A stretch of 64,000 nucleotides of DNA from Laetmonice hystrix (lineage: Eukaryota): NCBI GenBank assembly GCA_965235115.1, contig OZ249450.1:18290001-18354000 (forward strand), written 5' to 3'. Of this stretch, positions 53,043-64,000 are shown piece by piece (positions within the stretch are counted from its first letter, which is position 1; the number at the start of each line of letters is the position of its first letter). The notes beneath the pieces were generated by a model. The model was not told the origin of the DNA, made no database searches, and was given only the letters and a program-made list of their open reading frames with translations. The translations under genes and the position numbers were made by a program.

Positions 53043-55053
53043 AGGTCTATATCCTTTCCTCTAAAAGATCTCTGAGACATGAACCAGAATAACAACATCA
53101 AGTTGATTCAGGAAACTTGACGGCGACCATCACCGGCCCGACATTCTCTCTATGTGAACGCCTTGCCGCCAGCATTTCCGTGCAAACCTCATTAAACTCC
53201 AGCCCATTACGGATATCTATCTCTATCTCCCGGCTTCATGAATTTTATAGTGCGACAGAAAATGAGTTTCTATGGGACGTTTCGGATACACCGCTTCATT
53301 TCGACAACAAAGTTATATCTAGCTGTATTAAGAGCGCTCCTACATTACCATGAGCCCTGGGGGTAGAACGAATTCCTCATCTTAAAGCTTTCTATAAACT
53401 CGATGATTTTCTTTCTCCCATCTGGCAGTTCCCTCCATATAGAATTGGATGTCACTACATTATTGAGTTTGATAAGTGCACCAGGGAAGTTTGTTAATAT
53501 ACACGACAGGTACTGTATACTCCTGAAAGTTTTTCAACCATAGCAGCCACAAGGACTGACGTCGTCATAAAGCAATATACAAACAGAGAACTCTAAGATA
53601 TATACTATATTTCTCTAATTCCACCGGAGAGTCGATTATATGTATGGCCAATTGTATCGTTGGACAGCTGCCAATTTCAATATGTTTAGTCTCTCATGCA
53701 CAGCCCCGACGTCTTCAGTCTGATGTCAATCTCGATATTAATATTTCTCTGAGGTTATCTGCAGTTGGCCCTTTTTCATACGAATGTAAAGTTCATAATG
53801 ACCAGCACAGAAAGTTTAGTATATCGGCAAACCATGATCTGGGGAATCGTGCTCTTCTTCTTTCACCTCAGTATGAGACAGAGTTATTGTCTCCATGGCC
53901 GTGTCATTTACTGTCATTTTGTAAACGATGTCCAGTCATTCTGTGTCTATAATACCGCTGGCCCCACCACTTTACCGGATCCATTTCACAATGGTCAGAG
54001 GACAGTGACCATCCGCGACAAGAAATGATTGCATAGGTCGGTAGCTTGGGATGAACTCATAAATAGATCACTGAATACCCCCAGTAAACGTGACAGTTCC
54101 ATATGGTCAATGTATCTGAACATGGGCAAGACCAGTTGTCATAGATACAATATGTTTCTCTTATTGAACATGCATGCTACTGGGTGGGACTCAGAATTGG
54201 GGGTGGGGGGGGGGGTGAGGGGGGGGTGTTTTACAATTGCATGCTTTACAATTGCATGCAGCCCCTCTAAAAGATGCTCCCTGAAACGCACTGGTTCGAC
54301 CTCTAGCTGGCACTGGCTGTATGGATATTGATGACTGAAGTGTTCCGCCGATGTTAGATATGCAGGATAAGAATTCCTCCCTTCCTTTTCTGACAGAAAA
54401 TGTACAGGATTCTAAGTAAAGTGATGTAAAATGTTTTCCATGTCAACGGTTGAAACAGTATTCTCCATTCGTTTTGCTAGAATTATCACGTGCCTATATT
54501 GTATCCACGTTATCTAAGAGCACAGCCAAATAAATGCACAATCTTACGAATCCAGATGGGGTTTATTTCAATTCCGGTAGAGGACTCTACAACTTTTCTC
54601 TTTCCGGACATTCTGAAAGTAACTGATTAGGCCTGATGCCCGTGCATTTAAAGAAAATCCCACATTTGTTAATTCTTCGATGCACAAAGGCATGTTGTTA
54701 TGAATACAAAAAGCCGAATACAGAACGTTTGTAAACAATATAACAATCCAATTCTACTTAAAAAGACTTTCATATTTTAATTTTAATACCCGTTCTATTA
54801 AACCTCTCTGCAAGTTTGCCTGTACGGGGCTAGGGTGGCATAGAAATCAGCAATTTACATGTATTAAAACGGCAATGTCGCTTGTATCAACTTTATGAAT
54901 ATCTTACTCTGAAAGTACTTCCTGCTACAAACGACAAGATATTACTGAACGGACCTTACTGAAACAACTTTGATTGACGTTTTCTGTTCAAAACACTCAA
55001 AGTGTAAACGCTGACATCAAAGAGCTGTTTTAAAAACGTTTTAATTATTTCAG

Positions 55054-55159
55054 GACAAAGCTGCAGCAGACTGCTAGGGACGTTCTACTCCAATGGCACT
55101 CTCCATGTCATCTCTATAAATAACAACGATAGTGACGTCACAATGGCTTTAAGTATGAG
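55054..55159 (+). CDS. Candidate exon (QSCSRLLGTFYSNGTLHVISINNNDSDVTMALSM)
   Basis: Acceptor ttaattatttcag, donor gag|gtaaca, single open frame with two N-glycosylation sequons; family not recognised. Confidence 0.25.
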
Positions 55160-57730
55160 GTAACAGAATCATCATTGCAAGGGAGACAAAAAATGGCTTC
55201 TTCTCTCAACAAGCGCGCTTTGAAGTACCGACCAGATGCATTACATCAATGCTTTTAGTAGTCGTATATTAATTCGAAGGTGACGACGAGCACATCTTGT
55301 TCTGCATATCTCTGTCTCTGAGAATATTTTGTTACAAGTCCTATTGTTGTCTGGGAATTACGTTAATCTCGTTAGAGCTCTCTGCCTAACGTGTTTGCGA
55401 ATTAATGTGACGACAGTCTTAGATTATGCTCTCTAGCTTACATCAGTTGCTGTTTCCCACCACTTGGGTTTTTTTCCTGTTTGTTCTGAGGCTAATGTAC
55501 ATTAATTCAATGTACACAAACGCTTACACAACAGCTGGGTTTTAACGATGAGCTACACGCTGTAATCATCCATTTATTCCGTCTAGGAATTGCTAATTTC
55601 TAGACATGTGTCGGCAAGTGTCTTTCTTTCTTTTTTTTAGCAAACTTACCAACGTACGGAATGAGAGGTGGCAATGTTCGCACGAATAATAAATCACAAA
55701 TAATTCTGACTCCATTTATAACCACAACGGCACACGTAACCGAGTCACCTATCTTTACTTCAGGAAAAAAATTGTGAAAAGTAAGTTGCCGGTGCACACT
55801 GGGAAAGACCAACTAACATGGCTGCTGCAAGTTTCTGGGGGTTTTGTTCGGTGTGGAATATGACAAAAGTACTCTAAACGCTTGTTGATTTTGGTCTAGG
55901 CCAATTTCCGAAAAGGTCAGCGAACTCGAACTAAAACAAACTTGTTTAGTTCTCCGAGGATATAATAGACGAGGGGCACGTATTCTCTGTATTTGTTAAA
56001 AATCGGAAAGTCTTATCCATCGTCCTCATTCCTGACTCTCTCAACCCCAGAAACATTTCAAACAGAAGAAGTAAGACAACTGTTTGTTGACCGTCCACGC
56101 AGGATTTAAACTGTGAGTAACAATCTTCTGAGGGGAGAAACTGCCACAACAGGTGTGTATCAGCTGTGTATCAGGCATAAGAAAAGGAAAAGGAAAACGA
56201 AAACACACAGAAGGAGAAGGAGGAGGAGAAGGAGGATGAGGAGAAGAAGAAAAAGAACCATCGAGGAATAACCTAACCAATGGACGAGTCATTTTACTGT
56301 TACGACTTTCAGACTGCTCACATTTTCACGTTTTTTCGTCAATCCAGATCAAGCAATTTCTTATGAAAAACAACATGAATAGATGAAACTACTGCAACAA
56401 TCTTCTCGGAGTTCGAGCACCACTGCCAGGAATTCAATTCCACATCTGCTTTGGAAAAATGCATTGAAGTCATTTCCCTTTTGTTGATAGAATCCCTGTT
56501 ACAATTAAAAGATGAATGAAATCAATCGATGCATTCCCCTAACAATGATCTCATTAGGTAAAATGCAACTACATCAATCTTTGGTAAAACCTGGGCAGCA
56601 TAACTTGGAGTGGACCGCCTGAAATGGGACCAAGTCTATCAGCTTAGTTAGTTTTATACAATTAATTAGGGCAAAACTTTGAATAACTGTGATCGATGCA
56701 AAGGATATTCATCTAAATCTAACCAAGACGTGTTTAATCTAAGTTGATAGTGGAATCCTCAAAGAAAATGGCTGTGCCGAAATCAAATTCCACAAATTAA
56801 GCTACCGGATCTAAGAGACTCACTTCAATTAAGATATAATATAATCAAATAACAGTTTGCCCACCAGAAACTACTTGAGTTGCCGAATTTTATTTGGTTG
56901 TGGATTGGGATATATTCTACATATAAATATCTATACTTTAAAAAATGTTATTCCAAGTTCCTTTGGAAAAATACTGGGAAACTATAATGTCAATGTTGAG
57001 GGGCTACCCTACCTAGATCTGTTGAAGCATTCTCAGAATCTATCCAAAAAGGTCAGGATATATCTTATCCAACTTATCACCCGTGTTAAGGACTACCTAA
57101 TTTCGTTATCATAGACACTAGTACATTATCATAGACACTAACAGTCGACAAATTACTTCATGGTGATAAGACTCAATGCCACTTACGAATATCTTCAATT
57201 GGATAAAGATTATTTGGGATTCCTCAAAATCCTTCCAGGGGGTAAATTGTCCGGTAGTGACAGGAAACGAGTCAATCCATTTCATCCATTATCAAAACAA
57301 ACCAAAACAACGATGTACTACAATATCATACATAACACCAGTTTTTGCCTGTCGTAAATACAGTATCAAACGTTTCCCCACCCTTCACCGTCATACTGTT
57401 CATTCACCAGAAAGCCATTAGCTCTTAACTTCTCAGAGACACGTGACCAACTGTACACCATTTGTATCAGTCTCTTTGATCTGCCTTATCCTAATGGCAT
57501 TATGTTACACCCTTCAATCTCAGCCGATTATCTCGGCTGCAGCCCTGTTAGGTACGTGCGCTCCAGTTTCATCTCAACATTATTACTAGTCAGCAAATGA
57601 GATACTCGATAAATAAAAAAACACAGAGAAGCTGGAAAAAATGGGACTGCAAAATGAAGGACAAGGCCATGCTCTGATTAAAAGTTGAAACAAACGAAAG
57701 TCTAAATTAGCAGCTGCTCACAGACGTAGG

Positions 57731-58130
57731 CAACTTGGGAATAAATGAGTAAACTAAATACGTCAACGCGCAACTTGGGAATAAATAAGTGAACTAAATA
57801 CGTCAACGCGCAACTTGGGAATAAATGAGTGAACTAAATACGTCAACGCGCAACTTGGGAATAAATGAGTGAACTAAATACGTCAACGCGCAACTTGGGA
57901 ATAAATGAGTGAACTAAATACGTCAACGCGCAACTTGAGAATAAATGAGTGAACTAAATACGTCAACGAGCAACTTTGGAATAAATGAGTGAACTAAATA
58001 CGTCAACGAGCAACTTGGGAATAAATGAGTGAACTAAATACGTCAACGAGCAACTTGGGAATAAATGAGTGAACTAAATACGTCAACGCGCAACTTGGGA
58101 ATAAATGAGTGAACTAAATACGTCAACGAG
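57731..58130 (+). repeat. 40-bp minisatellite x10
   Basis: caacttgggaataaatgagtgaactaaatacgtcaacg(c/a)g repeated ten times. Confidence 0.97.
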
Positions 58131-58517
58131 GAACATCCGTTTAAATTGTTCCACCTTGGAGTCAGTTTTTAGTTTACAGTGTGCTCACGCTTCGTATTAT
58201 AAAACTCAAAAACTGGACTGGGAGTTCTTCTGATCTGGTTTCGTTTGACCAGGCAATCTGAAACCCAAAACCGGCATATTTTGTGGACTAAAAACCGTGG
58301 CCTTGAGTTAGGTTTAACTGTGCTCCACCGGAATGTAACGTCATGGGCATGACCCATGACGTATGCAGCGCTACCTACCGATCAAAATTCGTACCATACA
58401 GCTCTGATCAAGCTACCTCCATTTTCAACCAGGCTCCCACTGAGACATCTTGGCGCGAGTTTTCATTCCATGTCCAACTGGTAACACAACGCAGATGGAA
58501 ACGTCCAACACGTCACA

Positions 58518-58576
58518 TTTCCAATTGTATGCCTACCGTTTCCAATTGTACGCCTACCGTTTCCAATTGTATGCCC
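58518..58576 (+). repeat. 21-bp tandem repeat x~2.8
   Basis: tttccaattgta(t/c)gcctaccg. Confidence 0.9.
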
Positions 58577-60243
58577 ACTTCAGGTTTTGTCAAGGATAAT
58601 GTTCAAAATGTTTCTAACCTACATAACTTAAATGTTTTGCAGGTATCTGTGCGCAAAGCTAAACTCTTTCAATATGTCCATCTAAAACTCATCTGTTTCA
58701 AGGTCGACGTATGTTTTCCAAGTTGGAAGAAACGGAGCTGGATGGTTTTCCACAGATGCGAAAAAAAAACACAAGTGGCCAGACAGTCTGTGCAACAAAA
58801 CCACTGTCTGGACACATTTAGTATGTCTACTTACAAAATTCAAGTTGTCACATGACAAATCTGGATTGAATTGAACCAGTATTCCTCCTGGTGATGCCTG
58901 GTAACAGTTCCTAAGATGTGTGATAACTTCGAGCTTACATTTTCTATTTGATTTATCCATTTCTATTCTATAGTTTTATTCCTACAGTGCGGGACTTTTG
59001 CTTCAGCTTGTACATTGCCGGTGACTGACAGCTAAGGATCCAAAATCTGAACAGATGATTGACACTTCCTAATGTTGACTCCTTTCATGCGCCATTTAAC
59101 TGCACTCACTAACAGACATTCTCTAAACACTCCTTCAAATACCCGCAATTTAAAGTGACATCTCAGCTGTTTCGGACTAAAAATTCCGACCGACATTTTT
59201 GAGAACTTCTGCTTTAGCAACGGAGCATCACTGAAGTGCAAGGTTAGATATTTTCATCAGAGAAAATAGTTTCTGCACCAATCGCTACACCCTGTACTAA
59301 TTCACCTTGTCAGCAAAATATGTACTGCACGGAATCCTACTGTACTTTCTTCACACCAGTGTAAAATCGATAATTAAAATATATGTCCTGTCATTTCAAA
59401 CTAAAGATCTATGAAAAGACTTGAGTACGGTAAGGTATATGTGAGCTGAGGTCTGGAAGTTGGGGGTGGTTACGTTGCCTGTTACCCCTAGCATTGAGGA
59501 TTGTGCACTAATGTACCCCCTGACACATGTGCCCATTTCACGCTGCATTAGCCCGGAGATCATGGCCCATGACGACTGGCAGACTTCACTGAGTCCTTCG
59601 CCCCCTTCCGGGGGGCGGGAGAAAAACCTACCAGTGCCCCCTCCTCTCTCCCCCCTCGGAGCAACCGTTGCTCGGAGACACCTCCTTAAAGACCGTCACT
59701 AACATGATTCTCCACTCATGCAGATTGATCAATTCGCAGGCGGAAATCAAATCTAATTTAAGCAGTTGGCTGAGGAACAGAGCAGCTCCTGGGCACTTGA
59801 TGGACTTTTCGTTACTTTTTGTTCGTTAGAATTTCATTTCAATTAAAACATAATGAGCGTCGAGGAAGGTTATGCAGCAGGGGTCGCCTTACCAGCCTAG
59901 GGACAGTTTCCTGCAGCAAGCAGCAGCCTCCTCCAGTAGGGGCTAGCTTCCTCAAGCCAGCCATGGACCTCCTCCAGGTCAGTGACAACCCGTTTATTTA
60001 GCCTCCGCGGATTGACCCCTGACCCTGACAGCGCCGTCTGTCGGAGAGCCCAGGCACTGTAATACCTCCCAGATGGTGAATCAAGTCAGTGAGAAACACG
60101 CCCGACAAAACTCAAGAGAAAATATTTTCCAGTCTTCACCATCCTAATGCCAAGATTTAAGTTGTGCAAGTCTTCCTTCTAACACCACTGGATGGCTACA
60201 TTTTATGTACGAAAAAAGTGGTCATTGTTTATTCGGTGCTTAC

Positions 60244-60289
60244 TGACAATGCTTGTTGAAATTTTAATGGGATCATCATGGATGACGTC
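60244..60289 (-). CDS. Candidate 46-nt exon (DVIHDDPIKISTSIV)
   Basis: Minus-strand acceptor ...aactgtaacag and donor gtaagc; open in phase 0. Confidence 0.2.
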
Positions 60290-60858
60290 CTGTTACAGTT
60301 AATATTACCAGAGAAAGGGAGTAGGTATAGCATGCATAATGAGAAAGAACAATAGAGCAGCAATCTTAAAGTGACACTCATTGTATGATATGACAGGAAC
60401 AGTGCAGTCAATACCATGTCCTCTTACTACCTAGATCTATCTATTATGACTCCTATCATGATATTCTAATCAAAATCCACCAAATAATCTCGGCCTTATT
60501 AAAGAAATCCTCCTTTGATGAAGTGCATTTTGATCCCCCCCCCCCCCCACCACCACCACCATCTGGACTAATTCGACATAATGGTCACAACCAGCTCTGA
60601 ACAGAAGATTTAGATTGTATACCTTGTTTGTTAGATGCCGGTGGGTCACGGAGGGGGGGGGGGTAGTGACCCCTGGGCGTTACTATGGTGATAAGGATGG
60701 TCGTACAACAAAGGTTTCCATCAATACCGATGTGAACGCCCCCCCCCCCCCCCTCCACACACACAGACTACATGGCAGCCCTTGTCTGGCTGCGTGACCC
60801 GTTGTAACGACGACTGTAACAGTTTTACAGGCCACAGCCTGGGACAATTCTGGCCCCT

Positions 60859-60875
60859 GACGCCAGGTGGCGCCC
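60859..60875 (+). promoter_or_regulatory. CTCF-like motif GACGCCAGGTGGCGCCC
   Basis: One mismatch to the CCGCCAGGTGGCGC core. Confidence 0.45.
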
Positions 60876-62062
60876 ATATCTTCCACTTGCACAAATAGCC
60901 GCCCCACCGGGTACCAATAAACCAACCATTGAATTCTAACTCTCCCCATACGAGACCAGTTGGAAATCCCCTCCAAGATCTTTTCTGTTGTTATTTCAAG
61001 CGGTTAACATAAAACGATCTCTTCATGGCCTCCGTTTCCATGGTGCCGGCGAATGTAAAACCATGCTGATGGGACCACGGAACGGAAACACGGTATTCAT
61101 AAAACTGGAATTGGAAGTTTCCCAGTACGGCAGGGACGGGAGGGATCAGCTTGTATTAGGAGGAATGGAGGCCGGTCATCCGTCCGATATAACAAGTGGA
61201 TTACTGTGTGTATCAAACCTAATCTACTCCCGATTGGGGCTAAACGTTTGGCGGAGCTACAATATATCTTCTGCGTTCTTGCCTCTTTGCCTCCACCCCC
61301 TCCCCCAATCACCCCAGGTCGAATATTATCGGCGCCAGAAAAAGGCACAGCAATTATTATACTAATCACTATACTGTGTCCTTTACTTTTACTTGTGAAA
61401 AATCAACGGTTTGCATTGGAATAAAAGGGAAATCCCCTCTTGACTGGACCTATTTTAGGCTTGTAAAAGTTTATACTGCAGACCTGCTCAAAGCTACTCA
61501 TTACGATCCGTCATGAATATTAATTCAAAAATCTATTTCCAACCTCTGCAGTTGATGTAAGATATTCTATATCCGTCCAACGGTTGGTTGAAGGCGTTCA
61601 TAAACGATCGCTATACCTCAAATATGTTCACGTCGGTTGAACGCCCTTCTCCGTCATCTTCCTATAGAAGATATAAAAATCGAAAGAGGAGCACTCCCAT
61701 GCCATCAGTCACGGCTTTATGTAAATAATATATGAGTTAGAAAATGAGACGTCTTCAGGAGGGAAATTTTCCGTATAGTGCCTGCAGGGAGTTTTCCTGC
61801 TGCCGAGTGAAGGAACAGAAACTAGGCATGAAATACTGGCATGAGCACCTCATGGTAAAATGTCCCCAAAATTTGGTACCAACACCTCAGAATCTATCAC
61901 TATTCCTAGTCCCTAAACCTTACGCTGAACCCTAAGATTAGTCTCCATATACCTTACCCTAGCCCTGCCCCTAACCTTCAGCACCAGCTTCGTTGTACTG
62001 TTACTGTGGGGGACGAGCCGGGAGGAGCTCGACCACCCCGGCCGCCTTAGAAAGAGACTTAC

Positions 62063-62071
62063 CGTCGTCAT
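62063..62071 (-). CDS. Candidate end of a first coding exon (ATG ACG ACG|gtaagt)
   Basis: Perfect minus-strand donor with gttATG context; frame-compatible with 60244-60289, giving MTTDVIHDDPIKISTSIV. Confidence 0.2.
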
Positions 62072-64000
62072 AACGTATTTTCCCCCAGCCGCAATATTTT
62101 TAATCCGATGCTCCACGTCGTTGACATCCGGGGTACTTAAGGGAACACCACGTGACCTCCCGTCTTCTGTCTGTCATGACCATACTGACCTCAATCTATC
62201 TACAAGGTCACGTTTCCTCGCTCAAGGTCATCCAGGTCACATTCCCCTGCACAAGGTCATTCACTGCCTGAGCGGCGGTTTCTGCTGACCTCAACTAAAG
62301 TTAGTTTTTTGTTGGTCCGGGGAACTTTGGCTGGTAATTTATGAATGGGTGGAGAAGGAAAATGGTGAATAAGATATGGATGTTTCCCGGAACGGACAAG
62401 GCGAGCGTAAAACTCTCCCTGTGCCTGTCATGTCCTTGACCCTGACCTTGGCTGCTGGAAGGGTCAATGGGGTCATAGTGAGGAACAGTTACCGAGTCTG
62501 GAGAATACTTACAGGAAGGCGAGCACCTGATCTCACTGATCTGCTTCCAATGGGGAACAAATCATTTCTCCCGTCCCCTTAATCTGCCATGAAATATTCA
62601 TATCAGCAGAATATAAAATGTTACTTGCCTCCAGAAGAGGAAAATAGAAAACGGAAGAGTGAATCTAATATGTTCCAAAACTGCTACCTATACATAAGAT
62701 GACAGATAGGATTTCCCGCTTAAATGTCTACACTTTCAAGGCTCCTTCTCTCGTCTGTTAGTCTGAGCGACTTGAAATCCTAACATGTACAGAACATTTT
62801 CTTGAATTTTCTCATCAAATGCCGATGACCTTCTTCAAACTTCCAACAAATATTAGGAGCACGATGTTGTGTAGAATACCTTCCCTGACAGTATCGCTGC
62901 CAGGACGGCCGGGTATCTACTGTGTATCTATTATTCCAAATCAGTTCAAGTATTTTCAGTATTTCTACTAAATATTTCACATCCGTAACTGAGGTCTATC
63001 GCTGGTAAAATGACTGGGACGCTGATCCTAATGACAAACTCTATGAAAGGACTTTGCTCTTCATAATAAAATTATAAACACTGGAGTCTTATATCCATTC
63101 GGAGAACAAATCTGCCACAGCGGCCGCTATGGATATTATAGACAGCATTTCTAGAGCCTAAAATACGTTTACAAAACTGACAGATAATTAATGGTATCAG
63201 AACTGGCATATCCTTGCTGGGTATGCCAAGCGCATTCAGACAGTGTTCAGTATTAATTGGTCCCCTCAGTATCACTTTTCACATTAACCAACAATAAGGA
63301 TACGGTAATAAGTTTCTGGAGGTCTTAAAAATGGAGTTCTTCCGTCTTCGATGGAAAGGCCTGCACTTTGTCAAGTTTGATTAAAGAGTAAATTCCCCCT
63401 AAATAGTAACTTGCCATTCCATTTGATATCATTTACTATCAATTTTTCATCCCTAGCATTGAATCAGGTACTATCATTTTCTTTTAATGACTTATTTATT
63501 CTCTAGATTGCATTCTTTCGTGACTGTACGATTTTCAAAACGCTTTGACTGAGTTATTACAATTTTCTTATCATTTCTGATCTGCATGTTTATGCTATCA
63601 TACCAATTTCATGAGTAAAATCTTCGTTCCTAAAGTTACGAGTTGCATTAAAGTCAAACCATATGACTAAACTCTACCGCTCATCCTACAGTACAATCAT
63701 TATAAAGCCGATACTGTGAGAAACAACCACAGTTTGAGCTTTTGGTTTTGGCAACCAGCGCATATATCTGAGAAAAAGGTTTCAAAATTTGGATGTAAAC
63801 AAACTATGGAAGTGTATTAATTTAAACAGTACTCTAACACTCTCTATATTCACCATCAATTCCAACCGAAATAGACAATGTAAGATTTTTTTTTTCTCTT
63901 AGATTTTGGGCAACAGGCCACATATTTGTACAAACGCATTCATATACATGATGTCTACGATTTTGAGTTTGACGTTGTTGGCTTTTTGACACGAAGAGAT

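Noticed and set aside
52574-53101. Cys/Gly- or Pro/His-rich repetitive ORFs on both strands
   Set aside because: A 42-bp unit keeps several frames open on both strands; no evidence of coding.
53640-54150. hAT dimerisation (DPVKWW) or LINE endonuclease-like words on the minus strand
   Set aside because: Isolated short motifs in different frames with many stops; no consistent family.
62063-62183. 40-codon first exon with an RCC1-like blade (..RIKNIAAGGKYV..)
   Set aside because: On re-reading, the ATG at 62183 is out of frame and stops early (…YPGCQRRGASD*). The IAAG frame lacks a good acceptor and the WGxNxxGQLG motif.

Overview
Animal (eukaryotic) genomic DNA with no long protein-coding ORF that I can recognise. 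It reads as intronic or intergenic sequence from an invertebrate bilaterian; echinoderm/deuterostome-like is an inference from repeat style and abundant CpG. There are two N-gaps (35-448, 3291-3420). Well-supported content: about ten minisatellite or microsatellite arrays; several non-autonomous DNA transposons with visible TIRs/TSDs (Kolobok-type TTAA, Harbinger-type CAG, hAT-like, foldback palindromes); SINE and possible LINE remnants; and a probable ~1 kb solo LTR inside a repeat nest at ~31.7-39.8 kb. Most ORF-track entries are short chance ORFs or come from these repeats. Several short exon candidates with canonical splice sites exist on both strands, but none can be assigned to a gene. 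The best leads are a 9-nt microexon candidate with an eMIC/SRRM4-type upstream context, an apparent excess of CTCF and RFX motifs, a high density of poly-G/C tracts, and a templated-insertion scar. I found no CRISPR array, tRNA/rRNA gene or viral gene, and no convincing new multi-gene system.
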